Shown here in pieces: positions 27,721 to 39,985 of a DNA stretch of 64,000 nt. Source of the stretch: Octopus sinensis (Eukaryota). Each line of letters begins with the position of its first letter. Position 1 is the stretch's first letter. Under the pieces are notes generated by a model. That model worked only from the letters and a program-made list of their open reading frames with translations, did not search any database and had not been told where the DNA came from. The translations under genes and the position numbers were made by a program. The stretch spans positions 18,228,001 to 18,292,000 of the forward strand of contig NC_043012.1 of the NCBI RefSeq assembly GCF_006345805.1, in the 5' to 3' direction.

Positions 27721-30700
27721 GAAAATCGTCAGTTTTCTCCGGAAAATAGCGGTGCTTTCCTGTAATTTTCAACCAGGGTGGACAATAAGGGATCCATTTT
27801 CTGCTGGTGAGTTCCTGTTTTATTAAAACTCCCTCTGTTTCTTGGGGGACATATCGAATTTATTCCATATGTTATTCTACGTGGAAGAATTTAGAATAAT
27901 TGCTCAATGGCAGCAACAAATAGTTTCGAGCGAGTTTCAGTCGTGAATGAGAGAGGGGAAAGACAGAGAATTGTCTTGCTACAAAAATGAGAGGGGGTGA
28001 CAGTTCTTCGCCTGTTGAGGCAAAACAAGATGACCATCCCAATCACAAGCAACAGCCAGGCTTACACCACTGACTGCCATCATCCCCTCTGCCGCTACCT
28101 CTACGAACAGCAACAAAAACAGCAAGAACAGTAGCATCAACAACAACAGCAATAGCAGCGGCAACGATAACAACAGTAAAATCTTTGCCGGGAGAGGAAA
28201 GTATGCAGCACAGGTACGGTATAAATTATTTCCCCTCGTTAGCAAGTAGCTTGTCTACTTCGGTCGACGATATGAGCATCACCACAAAGAATAGCGCCGT
28301 TTTGGTTCCGAGTAACACTAACTACAGGAACAGCATCATTAGCAGAAACGATGTAGGCAACACCAACAATTACAGAAACGATATAAACAACTCATTGGCA
28401 GGAGTAACAAGATTACAGGAGCAAATCTCCCTTGGACGGTAAACATGCCTACCTGAGTGAAGTAGAAAAACTCCTCAACATAGGAGATAGGAAAACCAAG
28501 ATTGCTATCCCAAGTTTGATGGAGAAGACGACCAGAACGACGATCATACACAGATGTATGTCGCTAAAGAGAGGAAAAATATCTATGCGTCACACATCCA
28601 AGTAGAAAAATGCTTGAAGTACATTTGGACTGATTGATTTCCTCACACGAGGAAATGCGGAAGTGAGGTTCCTCACAGAGGCACTGGCCCCAAAACACTC
28701 AATGGTCCAGTGCAAACACGAGGATATTCTTCCGGTTCAAAATATAAATGAAAAGATTGCAGGAAAACAGAAATCCAAACTATAAGCAGGAAAATCCTAC
28801 GTCAAGTACCTCAACTATAACAGAAATGTACAGCTTCGACCTTCTTATGGTGATCCTCGGTGATGTATACTCATCCGTCAGAAATAGCGCAATATGTATT
28901 AATATAGATTATAGAAGTAAATATTTATGAGAGGTTTGAAAACTCAATATATTGAACATAAGTGATGCATAGCTCTGATATTGCAACTAGCGAACTCGCT
29001 AGTTAGGAAAAATCTCTATAAGGTATGAAAGCAGTATTTATTCTGAGAATTAGTGTTTAACTGGCAGAATCAAGGATGGAGAAGGTAGGGGTGAAACACG
29101 TTGGGCATAGTGCTTCGAAGCATTTTTTTCCGGATTCATGTTTCAGAGTCGATGAAGTAAATATTTGTTTGAATTCTGGGGTCAGTGCAATCGACTCCCC
29201 TACGCACAAAATTTCTCGGTCTTGTGCCAAACTTTTGAAGCCATTATATATGTATGTGTGTGTGTTGGGTTGGGGTGTATATACCCGTATGTGCGTGTAC
29301 ACGCGCGCGTTTGAGTGAGCAAGGGTGTTTGTGTTTGTTCTGCAAAAGCGATCGATAGCCTAAGTACAAGGCTTTAAATAAATTAGTAAGGTCGATTTAT
29401 TCGATTAATCCCTTCAGGATTGTGCACAACATGATGATAGTTCAATGACTGGAACAAAGGAAAGGCCGAAGAGAAAATATGTTTTGTTACCCGTCTTTCT
29501 ACGCAATGGGCGATTGCTTATTAAGATAACGCTGGCATCCAATGACGCTTTACAAACTTCGTATTTCTCTACGGAGAAGAAGCAACATGTATCTATAATC
29601 TTTTCTACTCTAGGCACAAGGCCCGAAATTTTTGGGGAGGAGGTCAGTCGATTAGAGCCCCCTCCCCGTACACAACAGGTATTTAATTGATGGAGCCCGA
29701 AAGGATGAAATGAACATGTATCTATATTCATGACGAATATTATAAACTATGTTTTAAAATATCTAAGCATATCTAATTGTCAAACAGACATAATCTGTTA
29801 GGTTTTACTAATTAACATTTACAATATATTTGGAATTTTAACTTGAATCTAAGCAAATCACATTACTAACTTCCAAAATCCTGTGGAAATATTTAAACAA
29901 CTAAAACGTAAATTTGGTTAATATAAAATATAAAAGGAATACTTAAGACTCTCTGTTTTAGATTAATTGCGTCTAAACACACTTCACAATACCACGGAAC
30001 GAGAGCAATTCAAAATGCAGAAAATACACATCAAGTTATTAGTGGAACTGAAGCGTAAAATCCCAAATAATTCAAAAAATTAAACAAACCATAATTTATT
30101 AATCATACCAAACTATTTTTAATCACCAGTTTCTCTCTGTCCTCATTGCTTCTCATTATCTAGCAAGGGACATTAAATGATATCTTCAGAAAAACACATT
30201 TCTTTCACTGAAACTCACTGTTGCGTTATGGATTGATAAGCGTCTTAATTGATCAATAGTTTTTGACCGTGTGTTACTATAGTCACTAATTAAGTTCCCA
30301 CTGACTTTGAAAGTTAGACCTAAATGGAACAACAAGTTTCTTAAATGTATACATTTATTAGTTAATAAATGATGAATCTCAGGGTGGCAAATGTCACTGA
30401 ACTTCAGTGACATTCTGGTTCAATCTTTACAATCTAGTATCTCCCAATAAAAAAACTTTTAAATGTATTCCAAATTAACGATTGAGACGACACTGAATAC
30501 CATGAAATGCATTATTCTTATTGTTGTGATATAAGACAAAGCAGGTTCTGTGCTTGTTAATTCATTATGTAAGGCTGTGTAAGAAGTATCAATGGGTTCT
30601 CTAATTGTAATATATTTTAATGTGCAAAGAAACCATATTACATTAGTGCTGATAGTAGGTATTAATAATAGTTAGAGCTCAGTTCTTAATTAAGAACTGA

Positions 30701-30891
30701 AGAATGAAAACGTACAATTCCACGATTATTCCATGATTGGGAAATGTATCTTGGGTAGTGTAGTAGTAAACAGCTAGTATAATTTCCAATCTCACTTCAA
30801 CAATTACTGAATTAAATATGTTCCACTTTACTATATATGTAAATACACATCACTATATATATCTGATATATATATATATATATGTGTGTGT

Positions 30892-31182
30892 GGAGGCGCA
30901 CTGGCCTAGTGGTTAGAGCAGCGGACTCGCGGTTTCGATTCCCAGACCGGGCGTTGTGAGTGTTTATTGAGCGAAAACACCTAAAAGCTCCACGACGCTC
31001 CGGCAGGGGGTGGTGATCCCTGCTGTACTCTTTCACCACTCTTTCTCCCACTCTTTCTTCTGTTGGCCTGCTCGCTTAGCCAGCGGGGTGGTGTCATTCG
31101 AAGGCTAAAACAATGCGAATGCATTGTGACCAGCGATGTGTAACAACAGCTGATGGTCTGGTCGGTCACGTGATCACGTGAT
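30892..31182 (+). mobile_element. tRNA-derived SINE family C
   Basis: A box TGGCCTAGTGG and B box GGTTTCGATTCC. Colinear with 56340-56641. Ends in TCACGTGATCACGTGA then (TA)n. Confidence 0.85.
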
Positions 31183-31200
31183 ATTTATATTATATATATA

Positions 31201-31380
31201 TATATATATATAAATGGCAAATTCTGTCTGTGCGTCTGACTGTTACCATCTTGCTGCCCAAACCAGGGAAACACTCTTCACCAAACCTTGTATACATGTT
31301 GAACTAACATGCAGTTCAATTATAGTCTAACTGGATTTCAATAAAAGTCGATAAGCGACCAACTACGGGGGGCACACACT
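31201..31380 (+). mobile_element. Possible 5' part of a non-autonomous Helitron-like element
   Basis: TATATAAATGGCAAATTCTGTCTGTGCGTCTG resembles the 5' end architecture of the element at 40803-41087. Confidence 0.3.
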
Positions 31381-31560
31381 TACATATACATATACAGAAA
31401 AATGTATGCATATGTATTTATGTACGCTTAAATGAAAGATAATATGTGTGAAAGAAAGAGAGATCGAGTAGAGTGTCACTTACACATATATGCAAACAAT
31501 ACGTAAATGACAACACACAGTTTTCTTACACACACGCACACACACAGACACTCGCACACA

Positions 31561-31742
31561 CTTGCCGAACCGCTAAGTAACGGGGACATAAACACACCAG
31601 CATCGGTTGTCAAGCAATGCTAGGGGGACAAACACAGACACACAAGCACACACACGTGTATATATACATACATATATACGACGGGCTTCTTTCAGTTTCC
31701 GTCTACCAAATCGACTCACAAGGCTTTGGTCGGCCCGAGGCT
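31561..31742 (-). mobile_element. SINE family B internal fragment
   Basis: Matches 34480-34640 (GCCGAACCGCTAAG...TTTCCGTCTACCAAAT...GGTCGGCCCG). Confidence 0.85.
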
Positions 31743-31839
31743 TACTGTTCGTTTTTCGACATCAGTGGCAGACGCCATTAGAAAAACTTATATATGTTTG
31801 CAAATCAGCCTTCACTTTCATCGCGACCTGGTGGTTACC

Positions 31840-31880
31840 GCCCGTTGACGAGGGACAACAATCCCGAAACTAGTTCGAGC
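31840..31880 (+). ncRNA. Degenerate minimal type-I hammerhead ribozyme motif
   Basis: GCCCG-TTGACGA-GGGAcaacaaTCCC-GAAAC-TA-GTT-CGAGC. Stem II and palindromic stem III (ACTAGT) are intact. It has a C3U change and one stem I mismatch. Confidence 0.6.
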
Positions 31881-32124
31881 GTATCACTCAGGCTTGCGAG
31901 GAAGGCATGGCCTCCCTTTGCAAATACTCCAAGGACACAGATATTGTGTCTAAAGCCAGCTAGAGACGAACATCTCTTGGGGCTATAAAGCTACAGTAAC
32001 ACCCCCTCCCCAATGTGGTTAGCCATGATAAGATGGCTTCTATACTTTACATTATCGAGCGATTACTGTTTCAATCTCATTCTGAGATTTAATTATGCCT
32101 ATATATATATATATATATTTTATA

Positions 32125-33442
32125 CGGGGTGTCCCAATAAGATGTATTCACTCTTTGACACACGATTGCTAATGTATTGTATTTTCTTATTTCAAACACA
32201 ACGAACCCTTCACAATTGCAAATGCACAACCAAGCTTTGAGGGAAAAATATATTAAATTGCTACTGGAAGCACTAAAATGTCACTGAAGTGCAAACGCAA
32301 CTTAACAGACAGTTTCACAAGACACCACTAATACGACGCACTATTGCTTGCATCAGAGATACATTTGAAGCGTACGGAACTGTTAAGAAAGTTCTGGAAG
32401 GCTACGAACATCCACCAGTCCCAATAGACACCCCCAATTAATGGAAACGCTTTCCCGATCCCCAAAGAAATCCGTAAGACAATTGAGTCGTGAGATAGGA
32501 ATCCCCAAATCGAGAGTTCATCGGATATTGAAACGAGCTCATTGGAAAAGTTACGTTCCAACTTCAATTTAAGCTCTCAATGAAGATGATCCTGATTTCA
32601 ATTTTGCAAATGGTATCTGAACTAATTCGCAGAGGATGCAACGTTTCCTGAGAGAAACCTTATGAAGCGATGGGACCACTTTCAAGTTAAATGGTTCAGT
32701 CAACCAACAAAATTGTACACACTGGACCCGTGAAAATCCACATTTTACTAAGGAGCACCATCTGAACTTACTAGGCGTAACAGTATGGTATGGGATGTCA
32801 ACATTGGGTATCGTTGGGCCAATTTCTTTTTTTACCAAACTGTCAGTGGCCCAGTTTACTGAAACTTACTGGTGGAAAATGTCGGTCCACGAATTGAAGA
32901 GATGTTTGGGGGCGAGGAGATTTACTTCCAGCAAGATGGAGCTCCTCCTCACTACCATCGGGATGTACGGGCTTACCTCGATGCAACAAATCCAAACAAA
33001 TAGATTGAGAGAAGAGGTAGCCTTGAATTTCCTGCACGTTCCCTAGACCTCACGGCAATGGGGTTTTTTTTATGAGGACATCTCAAAGATAAAGTTTACG
33101 CTGTAAAACCTGTGACAATTGATGATTTGAAAAATGAAATTCGAATACAATGCCTTGCAATTCCAAATGCAATGTTTGACAATGTTGTCGAATCCATTGT
33201 TGGACGTTAGCTTTGTTTGGAAAATAAAGAAAAGCAGTTTGAACATTTGCGAACTCGCAGGAAGGAGAGAGAACATTAAATAATTCTAAATGACAATAAA
33301 TAATCGTTTCTACACGAATATATTTTCCTGAATTTAATTTAGATATTTAGGATTGTATGTATATCAATAACCATCTGCTTGAACACAAAATACATTAGTG
33401 CTGGGAAGTCAAAGATTGAGTACATGTTTTGGGGGAACCCTG
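32125..33442 (+). mobile_element. Full-length decayed Tc1/mariner element, DD41D (rosa-like)
   Basis: TIRs 32125-32159 and 33408-33442 with TA on both sides. Transposase motifs WSDGTTFKLNGSVNQQN, FQQDGAPPHY and FPARSLDLTAM[G]FFL*GHLKDKVY. There are 41 residues between the second D and the third catalytic position (now G). It carries stops and frameshifts. Confidence 0.92.
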
Positions 33443-34337
33443 TATATATAAATCTGTCGAAGCAAAATATAATGACTTTAAAAAATCAAGCTGTGTATAT
33501 TTACACTCAGCACGTTCATGAAAACTTAATTCTGAGATGTCATTCGTTGTCACGAAAGAGTTTATTTCATTTAATAAAGGCCGTTTAGTGTGGTTATAAT
33601 TGGATAATTCCAGATTGACAAGCCCCTACATACACTACCAATTCACTGTGTACATATACAAATTGTATATATATATATATGTGTGTGTGTGTGTATACAT
33701 ATGTATGCATATATATGTATACATGTATGCATACATATATGTGTGCATGTGTGTATGTGTATGTGTGTGCGTGTGTGTGTGTGTGTGTGTGTTGTGACAA
33801 TTATGTTATTTGGAGTTTTCAACTATCTCATAGATATTTACTTCTATAATCTATCTTAATATATATTAGCTTATATATTCTGCCATATTCTATCGCATAA
33901 ACGACATATATTATCATACAAATTCTCAATCTTAAAATAAAAAATTAAAACGAAGAAATGTATTAATATTCTTTTCCCATTAGTATATTACATACAGACG
34001 AATCAAGCTACGTGTTTAATTTTCTTTATACAAACCAAACTTTTCTTTATTCATCACGAATTACACATCACCTGCATTTTTAATGTCTTATTGTATTAAA
34101 TTACTATTGACTATCATCACTGAAATACTATAATTATTGTACTTTAAAACATCTTTCTTTGATTAAATAAAAATAAATTCTCTAATTTAATAAAACGAAA
34201 ATAATTTTCTCTACATTTTGTAACTTTAGAACTATGACTCTTCCTCATATATTATTACTGCTGTCTACTCATAAGAATGTCCCTGTCACTACAGGGTAAT
34301 ATAGATTTCATCTCTGAAATCTATCACAAGTATAAAT

Positions 34338-34737
34338 ATTCTTACTCTTTTACTCTTTTTACTTGTTTCAGTCATTTGACTGCGGCCATGCTGGAGCACC
34401 GCCTTTAGTCGAGCAAATCGACCCCGGGACTTATTCTTTGTAAGCCCAGTACTTATTATATCGGTCTCTTTTGCCGAACCGCTAAGGGACGGGGACGTAA
34501 ACACACCAGCATCGGTTGTCAAGCAATGCTAGGGGAACAAACACAGGGGAACACACACTTATATATATATACATATATACGACAGGCTTCTTTCAGTTTC
34601 CGTCTACCAAATCCACTCACAAGGCATTGGTCGGCCCGGGGCTATAGCAGAAGACACTTGCCCAAGATGCCACGCAGTGGGACTGAACCCGGAACCATGT
34701 GGTTGGTTAGCAAGCTACTTACCAAACAGCCACTCCT
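34338..34737 (-). mobile_element. SINE family B, full length
   Basis: The minus strand has head AGGAGTGGCTGTTTGGTAAG...GGTTCAGTCCC, a central TTGGGCAAGTGTCTTC block, an internal TA/TG tract and a (TAAAAGAG)n tail. Confidence 0.9.
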
Positions 34738-34829
34738 AATTTCTATGAGAATATCTCGCTCCACGTTATCTACGCTTTTGGGTAATCTAAACAAGCATTC
34801 ATTCAAATGTCCATACTAAATGGTATAAA

Positions 34830-35600
34830 AGAGTTCTCGCACTAGTTATATTTAATAGGAAATAACTTATTCACTTCTGTTTTGACCTCATCTCCTACTA
34901 AATGGGCACCTTGCACACCAATACACCGGTCGCAGCGTGCCTTCCAATTTTGGAATCCGGCCTGGAAGTCGATTTTCTTAAGCGAGTCAGCCCTTTCTGC
35001 GATTCACTCTAGATCTCGACAATGGTGCCACAACGGCCACCTTTGAGCTGCATTTTCATCTTGTGGATGAGATTGAAGTCCACAGGTGCTAAATCTGGCG
35101 AAGAGGACGGGTGTGGAAGCAATACTCACGATTGAGGATAACTCGATGATAGGCTGTATTTTCCTCGTAAAGACTTCAATTCTTCGCGCTCTACAGATCC
35201 ATTCGCTTTCGCCAAATGTTCTCCCACAAATGCTTCAACATATCGCAGTAGAACTCTCGACTGACGGTCTGGCCATGGGGGGACGAATTTTCGATGTCTA
35301 AATTCACATTTTCGGAGGTGACCTTCGTGTTAGGCATTCCAGATCACTCATCATCTTCCGTTTCTGAAGCTCCCGTGCTACTCGAAACCTTGCGTACAAA
35401 TCAATGCATCGTCTCCGTAAGCTTGCCAAAGCATGCTCTTTGTTCCTGTCCATGACAAAATCACAGACTACCACATAGACGAAATCACAAAAGCACAAAT
35501 TTCACAAATTGTGAAGTATACACAGCAATGTCACTCGGCAACGCCCTCATGAAGGTCACTGCTAGTTCACTGCGCATGCAAACAAAGTAACATAAAGTTG
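34830..35600 (-). mobile_element. Internally deleted mariner (DD34D-type) transposase remnant
   Basis: Minus-strand translation gives AYGDDAL, FVPHGQTVSREFYCDML and LPHPSSSPDLAPVDFNLIHKMKMQLKG..FQNWKARCDRCIGVQG, matching the mariner YSPDLAP(x)D C-terminus. TIRs were not resolved. Confidence 0.75.
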
Positions 35601-35877
35601 TTGTATGAACGGTATTAATCAAAAGATTAAAGGACATAATCATACTCCCATCTCACACTCACATACACACTAGCACACGCATATTTATATTACCTGCGTT
35701 ACAAAAAGCAGACAACAATGGTTAAGAGAGTAATCAATACCAGACAAACATTATAGCAAAGGAATGTTAACCGTAAATATGTTAAAAGGAAATAAATTAG
35801 CTAGTGTGACAAGTAACGAGTTCGTGAATACTATTTCTAGCCTACGGGTGTGTGTGCATATGTATGTATGTATGTAT

Positions 35878-36127
35878 GTCATTCAGTTTGTTTTAAGATT
35901 CCTTGCCAATAGAGAAAGAACCGGTTTCTAACCTAGATCCAAGACTCCTTCATTGGAATTTCAACATCAACAAGAGGGTATTTTGTATGTATGTATGTAT
36001 GTATGTATGTATGTATGTATGTCATTCAGTTTGTTTTAAGATTCCTTGCCAATAGAGAAAGAACCGGTTTCTAACCTAGATCCAAGACTCCTTCATTGGA
36101 ATTTCAACATCAACAAGAGGGTATTTT
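35878..36127 (-). mobile_element. Two 107-bp 3' ends of the RLE LINE at 37048, each embedded in (TATG)n (35878-35984, 36021-36127)
   Basis: Both match 37048-37160 (TTCAGTT..CAAGATT..AATAGAGAAAGA..TTCTAACCTAGATCCAAG..CCTTCATTGGAATTT). Confidence 0.9.
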
Positions 36128-36148
36128 GTATGTGTGTATGTATGTATG

Positions 36149-36165
<17 letters not shown>

Positions 36166-36179
<14 letters not shown>

Positions 36180-36534
36180 CTATGTATCTATTTATCTATG
36201 TATCTATGTACGTACGTATGCATGCATTTATGTATATATGTAAGTATGTATGTATGTATTCTCATGCAAATAGCTGAATATATAGACTTTATCATATATA
36301 TTTAAATGATAAACTGGAAAGTTTTACAGTTCCAGCGATAGATTGGATCTATAGTCTTCGAATTAGATTTCTTCTCTCTGGTTTTGAGAAGCCTAATTCC
36401 GCAAGATTGGTATTTACGCAGCGTGTTACATAACCCAGGGCCCGAAGAATTACAGCTATATAGCTGATGCATGCATTTATGTATGTATGCACGTATGCAT
36501 GAGTGTGTGCGTATGTATATATGTATATATGTAC

Positions 36535-36565
<31 letters not shown>

Positions 36566-36984
36566 TGTATGTATGTATGTATGTATGTATGTATTATGTA
36601 TGTATGTATGTAGTATGTATGTATGTATGTATCTATGTATCTATTTATCTATGTATCTATGTACGTACGTATGCATGCATTTATGTATATATGTAAGTAT
36701 GTATGTATGTATTCTCATGCAAATAGCTGAATATATAGACATTATCATATATATTTAAATGATAAACTGGAAAGTTTTACAGTTCCAGCGATAGATTGGA
36801 TCTATAGTCTTCGAATTAGATTTCTTCTCTCTGGTTTTGAGAAGCCTAATTCCGCAAGATTGGTATTTACGCAGCGTGTTACATAACCCAGGGCCCGAAG
36901 AATTACAGCTATATAGCTGATGCATGCATTTATGTATGTATGCACGTATGCATGAGTGTGTGCGTATGTATATATGTATATATG

Positions 36985-37018
<34 letters not shown>

Positions 37019-37047
37019 TGTATGTATGTATGTATGTATGTATGTAT
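36166..37047 (-). mobile_element. 453-bp tandem duplication, each unit carrying an RLE-LINE C-terminal/3' fragment (36259-36468, 36712-36921) in (TATG)n
   Basis: The period is 453 bp (TTCTCATGC at 36259 and 36712). Minus translation AVILRALGYVTRCVNTNLAELGFSKPERRNLIRRL*IQSIAGTVK. Homologous to 37350-37405. Confidence 0.8.
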
Positions 37048-38315
37048 GTCAATATTCAGTTTTATTTCAAGATTGCTTGCAAATAGAGAAAGAGCCAGTT
37101 TCTAACCTAGATCCAAGGCTCCTTCATTGGAATTTGAACAACATTAACAGGACATTTCCTGTGTATGTATACGTGAAGATTTGTGTGCTTTGTTTTGTGT
37201 TTGTATGCTGAACGCTGCGTAGAGTTGCGTATCTAGTCATGTTCATGTCAATTTCATTGATAAACTTCTGTAATTTTTTTTTTTGATAGACTTCATCCGC
37301 AGTCTTCGAATCAACTTTCCCCTTTCTGTTTTGCAAATGCCCAATTTCTGAAGATTGGTATTTAGGCAGTGTTTTACATATCTCAGTGCCCCAATAATTA
37401 CAATACTTGAATATGTATTCTGGATAGAGTAACTGCAAATTTATCAATAGTTCGGCGTAGGTATTTTCTTTTTCGCTGATCTTCAGGTGGGCAGCTGATT
37501 TCCACAACTGTACACAATTTCTCTTTTCTACCACAAATCATTATGTCAACTCTATTGTGTTTACTATTATTTATTATTGAGGTTTTCACTTGCACATTCC
37601 ACCAGTACGCCTTTTTATTAAGATGCTATGGCTTCCACCATACTGTGAGTTCTTTTTTCTTTGTCCTCGGGGTTATCCTTCTGACGGAATTTCGTTACAA
37701 AATATCCTAGCTACATTATGTCTCATCGGTAGATAATACTGTGAAGACATTTTCGGACAACTGCTTACGATGTGGGTCTGCAATTGCTAGCCAATCTGGT
37801 ATGCTATTATTCCCATTGAGAGCTTACTGGTACAGGTTGATAACATATGGACGGTAGAAGGCTAGCTTCTTGTACCAGTATCCAACAATCAAATCTCTTG
37901 CAAGTACTTTTACATCTTGAAGTTTCTAGATTGAGAGTCATAAGTGTATCAGCATCAATGCTATTTGCCTTGTGTGTGACGCAAAGACAATAACTTCTTC
38001 GAATTTCTTCCAGCCACAGACACCTTGTTTAAACTCCATTTACTCGCTCTAAATTTTCCTCCAGAAATATTCTATGTCTTCTCGTGAAGACATAGAATAT
38101 TGCTTCTCCTCTCATGGCACTGTGCACTGCAACCTGTTTCCGCAAAATTTTTTGTGTTTATTGTTTTCTTCTCGCTTATTGTTTCTGATGACACAGTTTC
38201 TCATTGACAGCTTTTAGACCCTGTTTCAGAATCGTCAGTTTGCAATTGAGCGTCCAGTTTATACTATCTCCAAACACCACTTCACTATCCTTCTTCACTT
38301 TTTGGTATTGAGACG
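37048..38315 (-). mobile_element. RLE-type (R4/Dong-like) LINE with the RT core deleted; 3' end abuts (CATA)n
   Basis: Minus translation DLIVGYWYKKL..PDWLA (pre-RT) joins directly to HIVSSCP..RHNVA, then YWWNVQVKT..KHNRVDIM..VVEISCP..KISEKENTYAELL..IVIIGAL. The 3' end is AATAAAACTGAATATTGA(CATA)n. Confidence 0.85.
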
Positions 38316-38391
38316 TATAGTGATATACGTACATATGTTAGTAAGTAGATAGGTAGATATGTAAGTATATATAAATATATATACTTATACG

Positions 38392-38425
<34 letters not shown>

Positions 38426-38673
38426 ATATATATACAATCACACACAGACACACACCACACATATATAAATATATATATATATATATATACAATCACACAC
38501 ACACACACATACACACACATGCATATGTATATACATACATATATATATATATATATATAGATATATATATATATATATATAATACATACGTAGGATGTCT
38601 TTCAATTTCCGTCTACAAAATCCACTCACAATGCTCTGCTCGGCCTGAGGCTATAGTACAACTACACCTGCAC

Positions 38674-38830
<157 letters not shown>

Positions 38831-39758
38831 TGTATGTCTCTCTGTCTACCTATCTATCTATATTTATTCATACATGTGTTTGTGTGTGTGTTCGTGTGTG
38901 CGTGTTCGAAAACCTCATTCTGGAAGAAAACTTTTAACCACACATAACCTGTGCAGCGGGTATTTCACTTTCTTTACTGCTGAGTTAGCAGAAATATTTT
39001 TTTGTATTCGAAGTAAAGTGTCTCTAGTTACATTCGTTTGTCTAGGGCAAGATTCTGTTACATTCGTCTGATGGTACCTCTCCACTCTATAATCACACAC
39101 AGATGATACCTGTATCGGGTACGCAGCACTCCTGCTAACACATCCTCGTTTTTTTCTCTACCACACATCAATATTAATTGCTTTTATATTTGTTTGTATG
39201 AGAGAGGGTGAGAGAGAATGACTTTGAACACAGAATGTTTTCGTGAAAAAATGTTTACGTTAATAGCGAGGAATGGAAATTTAAAACAAATAATATATAT
39301 TCACAAAAGCCTGATATAAATAAACAGAGAAAGCAGAACAGAAAACGAAAATATCTGAAAAGGTGAGAATTAAACAATATGTCTAGAATTTTTAGGAAAT
39401 GTGTATAAAAAGATAATATGTACTGTGTAGTTTCACGTAGGTGTATGTGCTTGTCTTAGTTACACAGTGTATGTTTAAAATATTCAATTCTAAAGGAGAT
39501 ATGGAGTGTATGGGAATCCGGCATTGTGAATGTATTTTAACGTAATATAGATAATTGTAAGAAGATGGGTTTTGCATGAGATATATTGAAATTTGGAGGA
39601 AAAGAAATGAAAATAGAATGGAAATAGGAAGAGCAGTGAGGTGAAAGAAGGAAGAAAGTAAAGATGAGGGCAAAAGAATGAGAGAAAGAGTTATGAATAA
39701 TGTGTATATGAGAGTATTTATGCACATATGTATGTGAATAAACGTATCAATTTATCTA

Positions 39759-39796
<38 letters not shown>

Positions 39797-39797
<1 letters not shown>

Positions 39798-39928
39798 TTT
39801 ATTTTAAGCAGCAGAAAATTGTTGAATTGTTGAATTTTCTGCTGCTTAAAAATAAAGCATATTACTCTACCACTGGTATTTGAGTACTCTTTTTTCCACC
39901 TTGTTTCACATTTATGTGTTTACCCGGT
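39797..39928. mobile_element. Centre-deleted copy of the palindromic hammerhead element at 44782, in (TA)n
   Basis: It has the same outer arms and the same right tail (ATTACTCTACCACTGGTATTTGAGTACTC...), but lacks the central part of about 105 bp. Confidence 0.9.
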
Positions 39929-39952
39929 ATATATATTATATATATATATATT

Positions 39953-39985
<33 letters not shown>

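Noticed and set aside
30390-30415. Hairpin ATGTCACTGAA-C-TTCAGTGACAT
   Set aside because: An isolated 11-bp stem with no context or second copy, so no function can be supported.
33001-33075. TGG to TAG/TGA changes in the DD41D transposase as evidence of directed G-to-A hypermutation
   Set aside because: Two events are compatible with neutral decay.
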